A program made the translations under genes and the position numbers. A stretch of 64,000 nucleotides of DNA from Octopus sinensis (taxonomy: Eukaryota), in the NCBI RefSeq assembly GCF_006345805.1, contig NC_043024.1:15748001-15812000 (forward strand). Direction: 5' to 3'. Numbering within the stretch: the stretch's first letter is position 1; each line of letters begins with the position of its first letter. Positions 39,364 to 52,544 of the stretch are shown in pieces. The notes beneath the pieces were generated by a model. It was not told the DNA's origin, did not search any database, and was given only the letters and a program-made list of their open reading frames with translations.

Positions 39364-41084
39364 TTTATTACTTCTGCCTTAGTAACAGCAGAGGTATTGT
39401 TTTCAGTCATGTTTGCTTGTTGTCCACAGACACAATATCTCAAGAACTGCTGGATAGATTTGGATGAAACTTTCAGGGATGTTTGGCCTCGTGACTGGCA
39501 CAAACTGATGAGATATTGGGATCGATCTGGTACTGGACAAGGATTCTGGATTATTTTTTCCTGTTTTTTTTACTTAATTTCTGAGAGCACTCAGGTTCAT
39601 TCTTAGTATTCTTGTTTGTGAAAGCAGTGTTTATGTCCCCTGTAACATAGTGGTTCGGCAAAAGAAACTGATATATGAACCGAGCTTAAAGTTCTTCAAG
39701 GCAGTGCCCCAGCATAGCCGCAGTCTAATGACTGAAACGAGTGAAAGATAATGATTTCTTGAACCAGAGAGCAACTGGTACGTGTTCCAGATTGCAATAA
39801 GGGTCAAGGGAGATCACTCCTCAATAATTAGAAAGCACAGAACACGACGAGTTAACTCCCTCGTTATCATCATTTAATGTACGCTTTCCATGCTGGCACA
39901 GGTTGGACGGTTTGGTTGATGCTGGCAAGCGTAGAGACTGCGCGGTTTTGATTGTGTTCTTTGACGTGGTTTCTATCACTGGATGTCCTTTCTAACGGCT
40001 ATCAATTTACAGAGTGTATTGATGCTTTTTATGAAACACCAGCACTTGTGAGGCCCCCTCCATGTGACTTGCAAAACAACTGAGAGGTGGGGAGTAGTGC
40101 TATTAAGGGAGGTCGTTTTATGCCAGGTGATCGAGGGACAGGAACATGTGGCTTACTGTAGAGAGGATACATGGCTACTCCAGTTGGTAAAGAGAGGAGA
40201 GAGGAAAAGGATAAGAGGGTTGAAGGAAAGAAGTAATGGCATGTAGAGGTCCCCTTCTGTGTTCCCTCTACACTTTTGGTGCATTTAGGGCTGGGGAAGC
40301 TTCAATAGCATTGGTAAAGGCTCTGATAGCTGCCCCATGTTGTCGTGTCAATGACCCTGTGACACGTGTAATGAGCTGAGCCAGTGTGAATTAATGGATT
40401 TTCTTCATCTTTCTAATTAATTCGCTTGATTGTAATGACATCTTGTATAATTAACCCAGCTAATCAGTAAGACAAAGTTTACCCCAGGAGGATTTAAGTG
40501 AGATTTAATTATGTGGTGATGGCAAGGCAATATTAGCTCATTAACAAATATCGTTTTAATCATTTCAACTTGCAAGGAACACAACTCTGAACATAAATCG
40601 AGCTGAGTGTAGAAGGATGCCAGAAATCTACTCCTGATAGAATTTACTTGGGTTCTTAGACATATTGACCGAGGACGGTATCCCATAAGATTTTAAAAGA
40701 CATTTTAAAAGAGAGATAGTTAAGTGAGAACATTGGAGTAGATGAGTTTGAATTAGGGGTCAGCAGGTGGGTCGCCAATTTCATAAGTGAGGTTGTTCAG
40801 TGTGAAGAAATGTTAGGAACATTTACAATGGGTGTTTCATGGCATGACTCCAGTAGGTATAAGAAATAGGCCAGGAGATGCAGGCTTTGTGTTTTAACAA
40901 ATATTACCTTTATCACTGTTAATACGGTAGAACCAAATGCTCTCAAATAAAAGGTAACAATAAATGGCTGTTTGCAAATTTCGAGTTAAAAGGGAAAATT
41001 AATGTGTGTGCATACAAGTGTCTACGTAAGTAGGGTGTGGTGGGGTGTAAAATCCTACTTGTGTTTGTTGTATAAGGTAAGTTT

Positions 41085-41460
41085 GTGGAGGCGCAATGGC
41101 CCAGTGGTTAGGGCTGTAGACTCATGGTCATAGGAGGGCGGGTTCGATTCCCAGACTGGGCATTGTGAGTGTTTATTGGGCAAAACCACCTAAAGCTCCA
41201 CGAGGCTCTGGCAGGGGATGGTGGCAATCCCTGCTGTACTCTTTCACCACAACTTTCTCTCACTCTTTCTTCCTGTTTCTGTTGTACCTGTATTTCAAAG
41301 GGCCAGCCTTGTCACACACTGTGTCATGCTGAATCTCCCCGAGAATTACGTTAAGGGTACGTGTGTCTGTGGAGTGCTCAGCCACTGACACGTTAATTTC
41401 ACGAGCAGGCTGTTTCGTTGATCGAATCAACTGGAACCCTCGTCATCGTAACTTACTGAG
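41085..41460 (+). mobile_element. Family C SINE, apparently full length
   Basis: GGAGGCGCAATGGCCCAGTGGTTAGGG...GGTTCGATTCCC head; related copies near 50520, 54180, 55180 and 63412. Confidence 0.8.
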
Positions 41461-42871
41461 CGCTACCATAAGGTAAATTTCAATTCTCCAGTAAAAAGAC
41501 TCATACACATCAATAGACATCTTTAGATATCAGAAATGTAACAAAAAATTAAAATATCTGGGTTAAACGAAAGAGGATCATGGAAAAGCGACACATGATA
41601 TGAAATTAACTTGACTATCATCATCATCATCATTTAATGTCCATTTTCCATGCATGCATGGGTAGGACAGATGACAGGAACTGGCAAGGTAGAAAAACTT
41701 GCCTAGGCTAGTATGTCTGTTTTGGCAAGGATTTTACAGATGGATGCCCTTCCTAATACCAACCACTCCACAGAGTGGACTCGGTGCTTTTTACGTGGGA
41801 CAAGCACAAGCGAGGTTAGTGTCAGCCTGATTTTTACATTTTACAGCTGGATGCCCTTCCATACGCTAACCCCGTTACAGTGTGGACTGGATGCTTTTTA
41901 CATGGCACCATAAAAAAAAACAACATAAAACATTCTCATGATCTTATGAAGTGTCTCTCTCTCTGTTATATTTACGTACCATCCAGTTACAGAGAAGGAA
42001 TTATTGAACTTAGTCGTTACTCATTTTACCCCATTTGAGACATTAGTTTTGGAAAAAATTGACTTGGAATCCAATGGAGAGAAGGATATTGATTGTTAAA
42101 CACCAAAACTAATCCAGGTATTTTATTAGAAACCTCAATTACAATCAGGTCAAAATTGAGGGAAGATTTCTTGCAAAACAAAAATTACCTGACACCTGAG
42201 TATCTTTCAAACTCTCTCAACATCAACTGTGCTGACTGATTTTTACACCTGGAGATGATGCAATACTTGCAATCTTAATGAGTTCAAACAGTTAAAGAGA
42301 AAATAACAAAAAATCAGACATTACTCATTTTGTCCCAGTTACCAATTTCCGCCACCTTCCTCCTATATATATATATATATATATGCTTCCACGAGGTTAC
42401 TGCTGACCAAATGCAGTCATCAGGCGTTAGTTGACCCAGGGCTATATTTGAAGACACTTACCCAAATTGCTGAGCAGTAAGGTGGGACTGAAACTGAAAC
42501 CATGTGGCTGGAAAGTGAGCTTCTTTACACAACTATAATACACACGCGCGCGCTTTGCAAAGGGGCCATCGCCTTCTCTCTCTTTTTGACCATCATCAGG
42601 AGGGAGGTAACTCTAATATTATTGGATTTTCTCCCTTAGTTACTATACGGTCACTTAAATCTTATCTGCCGTTTGATGTGTTATGTGTTGTTAGAACATT
42701 TTCCTCTGTCAGTAATATCTAGTAATATTACACCTGTCAGAAACCTTCTAGTACCAAAATTCCAGAAATATCGGTTTTCTTTTTAGGTAAATAGTTTTCA
42801 TGCAATTGACTCGCTAGGAAGATGACATCTGTGGTAACCTTACTTTTTCTAAACAAAAGGCTAAGCTGCAT

Positions 42872-43190
42872 ATCATCATCATCATCATCATTTACTGCCC
42901 ATTGTCCATGCTGGCATGGGTTGAACGGTTTGACCAGGGCTGGTAAGCTGGAAGGCTGCACCAGGCTCCAGTCAGATTTGAGATGGTTTTCTATGGCTGG
43001 ATGCCCTTCCTTATACCAACCACTCCAAGAGTGTAATGGGTGCTTTTATGTGGCACAGGTGCCACTTGCATGACACCAGTATCTGCTACAACTCACACAC
43101 GACATAATACCAAAATTCATTTGTCATTGCCTCTCCATGAGGCCCAACACTCAAAAGTGCTTTTTCAAGTGACACTGGCATCGTCCACCT
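42872..43190 (-). mobile_element. Family D copy
   Basis: Other minus copies near 35300, 39868, 41617, 47735, 54632 and 56085. Confidence 0.75.
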
Positions 43191-43268
43191 TGCATTTAGG
43201 TTAATTCCATTCCAGATCCGATTGTATTATGATGTTCCTTATATAAATATTATTTTCTCTTTTGTCAG

Positions 43269-43459
43269 CACAAGGTGACATCTTCATCAAGTGTACCAAA
43301 ATCTACGTCGAGTATGACTCTACCAGTGTCTACGTCGTCTAGCCATTCCCAGTTCGACGAGCATCAGCCTTCAGGAAGAGGTGGTGCTGATTCACAAACA
43401 GCAATGGTGGGACACACAAGTCCGTTAGATGTGGAAAGAAGATTGGAGGATATGACAAG
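43269..43459 (+). CDS. erg: ERG exon: Ser-rich linker and start of coiled coil
   Basis: tttgtcag|CAC ... ACAAG|gttatt. Encodes HKVTSSSSVPK...SPLDVERRLEDMTR, comparable to hERG DVESRLDALQR. 191 nt, phase 0 to 2. Confidence 0.88.
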
Positions 43460-43471
43460 GTTATTATCATC

Positions 43472-43504
<33 letters not shown>

Positions 43505-43505
43505 C

Positions 43506-44570
43506 ACTGAGTGAGAGAGCAGTGCATGCCATCAAAGTGACACTTGGGTAAAATATATGAAGCCCAATATACTTATCATGACTACCCTTCTGATAAGGGT
43601 ACACCAGGCACATGTATCATAACCAAATGTGCGTGACATGGTGATTTCATATCAAGATAAATGGTGCATGACCTTGCAGGTGAGGCCCAGTTAGAATTTT
43701 CCTTCAGGTTGAGTAGCCCATCCTACTTAAAAGGTCCCTGAATAAAGTTTATTTAAGGTTGATGAAGAAAACACCCATGTTTCCAGAGGTGAATTATTCA
43801 AATCCCAAAGAATTCCTTTCAATACATGGCTGTGATGCTCCCCCACTACTTCTGCTCATGATCAGAGATGCACATATCGTCAGCCACTAAGGGACATGCT
43901 CAACTGGTTAAGGTCAAACAACTGACAAGGAAATCTGTGGTATTGAGCAGAATATTTGCTGTAGCCAAGACAAAAGAATGTAAATAATAACACTTCCAAT
44001 CAGTTAAGATCAGAAGCCATGAGAGCCACTGCCTGGTACTGCATCAGTGCGTTGTTGTTGTTGTTGTTGTTACTGAGTGAGAGAGCAGTGCATGCCTTCA
44101 AAGTGACACTGGGGTAAACTATACGAAGCCCAATATACCCATCATGACTATCCGTCTGATAAGGGTACACTAGGCACATGCATCACAACCATATGTGTGT
44201 GACATGGTGTTCTCATATCGAGATAAATAGTGCATAACCTTGTAGGTGGGGCCTAGTTAGAATGTTCTACATGTCGAGTAACCCATCCTACTCAAAAGGT
44301 CCCTGAATAAGGGTTGTTTAAGGATGTTGAACAAAGCACTCATGTTTCTAAATGTGAATTATTCAAACTCCAAGGAATTCCTTTCAACACATGGCTATGA
44401 TGCTCCCCCACTACTTCTGCTCATGATCAGAGGTGCACATATCGTCAGCCACTAAGGGACAGGCTCAAGTGTTAAGGTCAAGCAACTGACAAGCAAATCT
44501 GTGGTATTGAGCAGAATATTTGCTATAATGATATTTCTGCTTCAGCAACTCAGCAATGAATCTTTCTGAA
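43506..44570 (-). mobile_element. Two tandem family E elements (~545 bp) bounded by ATT/GTT microsatellites
   Basis: Copies at 43506-44050 and 44072-44570; third at 53033-53590; opposite-strand fragment at ~16730-16960. Strand inferred from the (AAT)n tail. Confidence 0.8.
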
Positions 44571-44831
44571 ATGTGATGGAAAATAAATCAGTTGACAAAA
44601 TCAAAATTTGAAGGGAATTTCAGTCATTTCGTTTGATTTTTAGGTAGAAACAAATAGGAAGTATCACTTAATGGCTGACCAGAAACAAAACTAAAACTAA
44701 AAGTAATCATTAAGGTGGCAATGTTAAGCAGAATGATTAAGATGTTGGACAAAATGCTAAGTGGTATTCCTTCCAGTTTTATGTTCTGAGTATGAAATTA
44801 ACATATTTCAAACATGACATTTCTCAACAAA

Positions 44832-44990
44832 ACTTTAACACGAAATAACTTCGTAAATAGAAACTTTTCTCAAAAATGCTAAGAGTAAAAATGTTTTATA
44901 TGACACATTCTACCAGTGTCCGAAGTTTAAAAGTGTTTAGTTACAAAAAATTTATTTCTTAATCTGCCGTTCAAAGGGAAAAGATCCAGT
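44832..44990. mobile_element. Solo TIR of the foldback family
   Basis: Matches the right arm at ~27665-27822. Confidence 0.75.
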
Positions 44991-45330
44991 TTTTTTTTAC
45001 CGATTATGATGTCTGTAGTACCAGACCTGTGACATCTAAATGCGGAGAAATAGAGACTCAATTTGGAAAGACTCCCTGATTTCCAACCATGCACTTTGTC
45101 AAGAAATATTATGCCAGAGACCCTTTTGGGGAACCCTATTTGGGCCACTTGTGATCTTACCCTTTCAATCATTACCCAAAATTCTTGACCCTGGGTGAAA
45201 ATAACTATGATGTCTGAATTGAAGATAGAGAGTTTGGCTTTTTTTTTTTTTTTTTTTTTTACCGATCTTTCCTCTTTTGATAAATTTTCTAATTTTCATT
45301 TTTTTTTCTTTCTTTCTTTTGTATTTCCAG

Positions 45331-45763
45331 GCAGCTTTGCAGGTTAGAAAAGAAAATGAGCTCAGATATATCGATGATTTTAAGCATTTTACGCAACCAG
45401 TATTCAACTGCTGCTGTATCAGTCCCAGCCGTAAGTTTCAGTGGAGGTGCTCAAATCAGCTCTTCGTCGTCACAGGCCCCAGCCAGTGGCAGTTATACAG
45501 CGCCAGTCTCTTGTAAAACAGCTGTATCAGAGCCGAAAACAACAGCAGGAAGTAATTATCAAGCATTTCCAAAATCCAGTGAACAACAACAACTACATCA
45601 ACAGCAACAACAACAACAACAACAGCAGCAGCAGCAGCAACAACATTCGCAGCAGCTGGATTCAAGTGTAACAAACATGGTAGGTGGGGATGTGAGTTCC
45701 GTTCCAGATGATGATGTATTCCAGTTCCCGCCGCCGCCTCCACCTTACTCAAGTGATGTCCAG
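45331..45763 (+). CDS. erg: ERG exon: coiled coil, polyQ, PPPY motif
   Basis: tttccag|G ... CAG|gtaaag. Encodes RQLCRLEKKMSSDISMILSILRNQ...Q15...FPPPPPPYSSDVQ, comparable to hERG [20 protein letters not shown]. 433 nt, phase 2 to 0. Confidence 0.9.
45599..45643 (+). repeat. Coding CAA/CAG tract (Q15)
   Basis: 15 consecutive Gln codons within the 45331-45763 exon. Confidence 0.9.
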
Positions 45764-47199
45764 GTAAAGATAAAGAATTTTAATTCCTCAATTTCTTTTC
45801 TGAAAGTCATTAAAAAATGATGTTAGTCCCTATATTCAATGAAACAATATAAAGACAGATACAAACTCACACGGTTTACTAGTTTCAGCTTAAGAGCTAT
45901 GGCCATGCTGGGGCATGGCTGTTAACTATGTTATCCTTTCACTACTTGAAACCTACTCTGATGTATAGCTTTTGTGAATGAGATGGTTTGATGTTGCTGC
46001 CCTCATCTGCATTTCCTTCTGTGATACAAAGATATGGATTCAGAGAATCATATAGTTGTCACAGAAAGTTCTTCTACTGGACTCAGCTAACAGACCACAA
46101 AGCAGTCCAATACAGAGAAATGTTATGTAGAATGTCTATGAAGCTGAAATCCAGAAGATCTTATTGATGAAATTATTTCATAAGATGTATATAAACCATA
46201 AAATATCAGATGGTACAAGAGGTGAATAAATATTTATTTAACAACATGACATCCTAAAGATTACAGCTGTTTCACAGCCTTCTTCATGTTGTAATAATTT
46301 CAGCATGGAAGAAATTATGCTTATATATTTGTATTATTATGCATGCTATGCATTATACAGTAAAATTGCATATTCACAAATCAATACTAATAAAGAAAGC
46401 TAGATCATCAGAATGTCATAGTTACACCAACAATTTGACTAATGGCAGTACCCCAGCATGGCCACAGCTCTTGTGCTAAAACTAGTAGCAGAATAAAAGA
46501 ATAAGGAAAGAAAATCAGAATTCTGTATTTGTGTGTAATAGTTAAAGCATTTAGTACAAAAGCTTGGATATTATTGTCTAAACTCTGTATTCACTATTTG
46601 TAGTAATAAAGAGTGACTGTCTGATGAGGTGCAATATTTATGTAACATGTGTGACATGCCTACTTTAAAAGCATCTTTCCTACATGTGCACATTACATGC
46701 AAGCAAACAAACACACATATTCATCTGCGTGTGTGTGTAATGAAATATCTCACTTTATAAAATGTCTAATTACTGAATCATTCTGCTGCTTTCTAAAAAG
46801 AATGAAATAGTACTCTACATGATTACATCTGACTAAAAGCAAGAAAAATCAGTCCCTTTCTGATATATTCTAAAGGAGCAAAGTGTATTAGTTAAAATAT
46901 TAATTACTTAATTAATTAATTAGACCTCAGCTTATTACAAATGACAGTTGAATATATATCTGGCAAAATACAAAGCATTCTGTTTATCTTTTTATTTACT
47001 CTTTTGGTCTGATTATGTATATTAAAATGATGACACAGAAAGCCTTCCATTTTGTCAGCTATATATTTACACATACACTCACACATATCTATTACACACA
47101 CACCACATACACACACTCATAATTTATATCACACAGACACATATATATACACACATATCTGCACACACACACACACACACGTAAAATGGTATATATATA

Positions 47200-47563
47200 T
47201 CTCTATATATATAAACGGCAAAATGTCTGCGTGTGTGTCCTTTATACAAATCCACAATTTTTCAGTTAGAGGGCTCACACTTTCTATGGTCATTTAAAAC
47301 CGTCCAAGGGTGGTCATGCACATCTTTACATTTCCCCAGTCACCCCACAAAGCCATTAAAAAATCAATAGAAGTGACATTTTTGTGAATTTTCTATCCAA
47401 AACCCAAACAAAATACCCGAGACTTGATACGCCAATTGAATGCCAGCTAGCTGTATCAGATTGGTCAGAGATTTGGACAGTACTCACGTGTATGTGCGCA
47501 CGCAAGCAGCTGTATATGCATGCACTAGCACTATGACCCAGCAACGCCGGGTCATAGTGCTAG
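47200..47563 (+). mobile_element. Non-autonomous Helitron
   Basis: A|TCTCTATATATATAAA start; perfect 16-bp terminal hairpin ACTAGCACTATGACCC/GGGTCATAGTGCTAGT; CTAG|T end. Confidence 0.75.
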
Positions 47564-47691
47564 TATATATATAAGTTCAGTAAAAATTTAGATTCAGATG
47601 AATATGGCACCAGAATTTAGTATGATATTATCCATACAATTTAAAAGAAGGTGATTATAATCAAATTAAGCAATCCTTGTTGCTTATTTTG

Positions 47692-47724
<33 letters not shown>

Positions 47725-48256
47725 TGTCATCATTTCACATCTGTTTTCCCTTCTGGCATGGGTTGGACAAGTTGACTGGGGCTGGCTTGGCAGAAGACCG
47801 CACCAGGCTTCACTGTCGGTTTTGTCAGGGCTTTCCTCACTGAATGCCCTTCCTAACACCAACCACTTTACAGAGTAGTATGCAAGTACATACACCATCA
47901 TCATTTAACATCCATGCCGGCATGGGTTAGACGGTTTGACTGGAACTGCTAAGCCAGAGAACTACACCAAGTTCTAGTCGGATTTGGCATGGTTATTTAT
48001 GTATGAGCGTATTTATATAATTGGTTTATTGCCTAACTCTCCATCGTATTTTTTTGCGCAAAACCAATTGGTAAGACCAGCCATGATGAATACTTAATAC
48101 TATAAAATTTGACAAATTAAATTTAAATGTTGAAGTGAATCAAACGGCTTTTGTGTGTTTCTTTAATGGCTTATAAACAGTTTCCATACTGCAACTGTAT
48201 TCATTCCAGCACATGATCTCAGATCAGGTCACTTGCTATGCAAGTACATCTCCGTA

Positions 48257-48342
<86 letters not shown>

Positions 48343-48747
48343 CACACACACAAACAGTACACATATGGTCCTTGATTCTTGTAAGACCACCCTACAGGAA
48401 GCAAACACTACAGTACAGCCAACACTGCAGTACCCTGTCACCATAGCAACTGAACTGCTCCCAACTCCTCTCCCTTTGTCATATCATAAGACACATATTC
48501 AAATATTTCCCTACAACAATCCTGATAATCCAGGTGGTGGTGGGGGTTTCTTAATTTAACAGAAATAAGACCTTTCAGCATGATTTCTATCCCAAATTTC
48601 AAAACCAAAAAGACAAGCAAATAAAATGCCATAGAACTCTGCCCTCTTCTAATAACAGACCAATCTATAGTGCTGCCGTTCTATTCACTTTATCTATCTA
48701 AACCTCTTTCTCTTACTTCCTTTCTTTCTTTGCTGCTTCTTCTCCAG

Positions 48748-48787
48748 GATTCTTAGTAGAGTTGTCCAATATAACTCTCTTTGGCAG
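48748..48787 (+). CDS. Candidate 40-nt exon that adds Asp-Ser-stop in the ERG frame
   Basis: ~45-nt pyrimidine tract ending ctccag|GAT TCT TAG; strong donor GCAG|gtaggt at 48788. No homology support. Confidence 0.4.
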
Positions 48788-49140
48788 GTAGGTTTATATA
48801 TGTCTTCATTTTTCATAATTAATTGATTGATCTTTTTTTTCTAATTAATATTTTTGTTATTCAGTTTCTTGTTTTTCCCCTTTGCTTTATTGTCTCTTCA
48901 TCATCTGCTTTCCTTTATTCCTCTTTTCCCTGCTAAATCAGTGTCTGACAATAAACAGCTTTACGATGTTTGCACTCTGTTGCCTGTTTACCCACCTACC
49001 AACCTACCTACCTACCTACCTACAGCTATCTATCTATTTATATCTATCTGTATCTATTTATCTATCTATCTCTATCTATATATTTATATCTATATATCTA
49101 TTTATATCTATCTACCTATATATATGTCTCTATCTATCTA

Positions 49141-49195
<55 letters not shown>

Positions 49196-49236
49196 TTATA
49201 TTTATATCTATCTATCTATCTATCTCTATCTTTTTA

Positions 49237-49271
<35 letters not shown>

Positions 49272-49329
49272 ATATATATATATATACACACATATATATA
49301 TATATATCCCTACCCGGTTGGTTTGCCCT

Positions 49330-49860
49330 AACCAATGCAACTCTTCTTCACCAGCTGTTTCAGTCTTCCTTAGTAGTTTTCTTATTCTCAAACTTCATAT
49401 CCCTTATGTCCCACAAATTGGTCTTCCCTCTTCTTGGTTTACTGATACCTTTATGTCCTTGCATGAGTTGCCAAAGAAGGAGTCCACTCCTGGATATTTC
49501 ATCCTTACTTCTGTAGCTATGTCTTGCATAAAGTATTCTTTGATTACCAAAGTGATGTCAGGAAGACTGCCATACATCCAACGCTTTGTAGGTTGTTGCT
49601 GTCAAGAAAGATTGAGAACTGCACTGATGCTTCCATACCATTAAGCTTCTTTTGAAGTCCATGCTGAAGAACCATAGAGAAACACTGCTTCAAAGACTGC
49701 TTTGAAGATATCCCTTTTCATGTTGTTAAGAAAGAAGGACTTTCATATAATTCTGTGTCAGTCTAGGGCATTACATGCTTTTGCAGTCGTTACTTAGACA
49801 TCCTTTTCTGTTGAAACGATGTTAATTTGCAGGTAGTTAAAAGTCATCAGATTAGCATCA
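49330..49860 (-). mobile_element. Degenerate RTE-type LINE fragment
   Basis: KRDIFKAVFEAVFLYGSSAWT...AVLNLS*QQQPTKRWMYGSLP, with stops. Confidence 0.7.
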
Positions 49861-50086
49861 TTCCGTTAACAAGCTATCACCTGTTATGTAATGGGTGATA
49901 TCTTTGTATACATTTGCAGGCGTCTGTATGTGTGTGCACCTGTCTATATCTCTTTAACTGGCTAATGAGGTCGGAGTGTCTTGACATGCTTGCAAGTTCT
50001 GCTAGAAAAAGCAGTTTAATCTATCAGAAATATCACACTAATCAGTAAACCGTGTGCCTTCGCAGCACATGGCTGAGTGGTTAATA

Positions 50087-50516
50087 TCGTGTGTGGACAG
50101 GATGCCGAATGCATTTTTGCCAAAGGACAAGAAGCTGAATGGACACAATGCCAAATGGACATAAAGCCGAACAGACACAATGCTGAACAGACACAAAGCC
50201 AAATGGACACAATGCTGAACGGACATAAAGCCGAATGGACACAATGCTGAACAGCCAAACACACACAATGCCAATTGGACATAAAACCAAATGGACATAA
50301 AGCCAGATGAACACAATAATAACAAAAAAACATTCCTACCTATAGAGTTTAATGACCAATTCACCAATTTGACACTTAAGATTTAATGAGATGAAATTTT
50401 AATTTTCGCATGTCTTTTTGGCATCTTGCCCGTTTGGCATTGTGTCCATTTGGTTTCTTGGCTTCAGCTTCTTGTCCTTTGGCAAAGGTGCATTTGGCAT
50501 CCTGTCCATGGACCCA
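50087..50516. mobile_element. MITE with sub-terminal tandem repeats inserted in a family C SINE head
   Basis: Inverted ends TGGACAGGATGCC...GGCATCCTGTCCA; GTTAATA direct repeat on both sides; internal GACACAATGC/GACATAAAGC units. Confidence 0.7.
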
Positions 50517-51708
50517 GTTAATACATTCAGCTCATGGTCATCTGGTCCCGAGTTCAGTTCATAGGATGTGTTGTGTCCTTGAGCAAGACACTTTATTTCA
50601 TGTTGCTCAAGACCACTCAGCTGGCAAAAATGTATTGTACCTGAAATTCAATGAGCCAGGTGTGTCTTGCTGAATCTCCCTGATAACTTCATAAAAGCTA
50701 TGTGTGTCTGTGGAGTACTCAACCACTTATCGGTTAATTTCACAAGCAGGCTGTTCCATTGATCATTGTTGTGTCAGTTTGAGAGGTGAGAACTGGTTAG
50801 TTTGAAAAAGGTTAAAGGTATGCATGTCTGTGGAGTACTCGGCCACTTGCACGTAAATTTCATGAGCAGGCTGTTCCATCTATCCAGTCAACTGGAAACC
50901 TTGTCATACTCAACCGAGTGCCCAGTCGACCATTATCACTGTCCGAAAAAGTGGAAAGTTACTTTAGATAATGTAGTCTTATATATCCTCACCACCTCTT
51001 GATAAAGGGGTGACAGTCACGCCTGGAAGGCTTTTAATTGTAGGGCTGCACAATCAGAACTGATCTACATTACAGGATAAACATTGTAAGTAGTTCAGAG
51101 GTTTTTTAAGCCCAGGTCAAACATAATTAAACAGAGGTATGCTCATATACAATCCAGTTATAACCATGCTATCTTTTTATATTTATCTAATGAATTCTTT
51201 AACATATTTTAGGGAAGAGAGAGTACGGTGCAATTTCCAGTAAATTTGTCTGCTATTTCTAGCAGGTTAAACAACCGGCTTCAAAATTCCGCCGTTGCTT
51301 TTCGTCCAAAAATCTCAGAATTTTTTAAGGGAGATAACTATCTCGCACCAGCCTTCTCAAGGGAGATAACTTACGCTTCATATTTCGTTTTTGTATTTAG
51401 TTTGGAAGATTCCTAACGATACAGATTTAACTGTATCTTGGGTGGGTCATTTTCCTAATAACCACACGCACTGCTTCTTTTTTCTTTATTATTTGTTAAT
51501 TACTTAACTATTTAACCGATTGTCGTCGCGAATTGAATAGTGACGAAAACACTGACCAACGTTACTGATAGAGTGACCAGCAGAATCATTAATCAAACAA
51601 CCGATTAATTAATTGATTAAATAGTTAACCAACTAACAAATAATAAAGTAAATAACACCAGTGCGTATATATTTTTGGCATTATGATCCTCCTGAGATAC
51701 AACTTAAT

Positions 51709-51747
<39 letters not shown>

Positions 51748-51769
51748 ACACATATATATATGTAAAAAA

Positions 51770-52140
51770 ATACAAACTGGGACAAGAACGCAAAACATTT
51801 AGAAGACGATACAAAAAACACGGACGGGACATTCGAAGCCTTCAATCTTCAGTCAAGAACCGGATCATCCTCGCAATTTCGGCTGCAAGGACATCACAAA
51901 AGATCTTGAACACAACTGCCCAACGAACGGGAACATGAAACTCTGAGTAGCAGTTTTTATTTTTGTAATATTCTTGCAGTTTTACTTTAAGAAATGCATA
52001 TTACTCTACCTCCGGTATCCAAGTAACCTTGGTTGTTTTATGTTCTGAGCAAAGCTCTTCTTCGGAAACAGGAAACACAAGAAAGTCCAAAAGAAAAGGA
52101 AGAAGAAGGGGAAAAAAAAATCGCCAAGTCCACATATAGT
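51770..52140 (-). mobile_element. Possible Penelope-like element remnants
   Basis: Degenerate C(T/C)GAAGA...GAA motifs; related sequence on + at ~8030-8100. Confidence 0.4.
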
Positions 52141-52544
52141 TACATTTTGGAATGTGTGTGTGTGTATATATATATATGTGTGTATACACACACACACACA
52201 CATGTGTGGTTATATAACCTTTGCTCTGTTTTAATCTAAAATTGCATATTTGCTAATTAATGATGGTATAAACTTAGTTTTTCCTTTGGTAGCAGATTGT
52301 GTTTAATTATTACATTGACTGATCCTTCATCACTCCTGATCCCTCTTTACACCTTTCCCTTTTCATAACTCTTTTATTCTTCCCTGGCTTTTCATGTTCC
52401 ATCCTGTCTCCTGTAGAGTGCATGTTCTTATGGTTATTGTTGCTTTTCTTTCTTTACTTGACGTATTGTTGCTTCCTCTCCCCTCTTTTGCCATTTTACT
52501 AAGCACTCTATTCAATATAATTATTATTATTATTATTATTATTA

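Noticed and set aside
41085-41165. tRNA-like sequences at SINE heads
   Set aside because: A- and B-box-like motifs are present, but there is no complete cloverleaf and they continue into SINE bodies.
48854-49644. ORFs of 149-224 aa
   Set aside because: They run through (TATC)n/(TA)n repeats into the antisense strand of a LINE relic.
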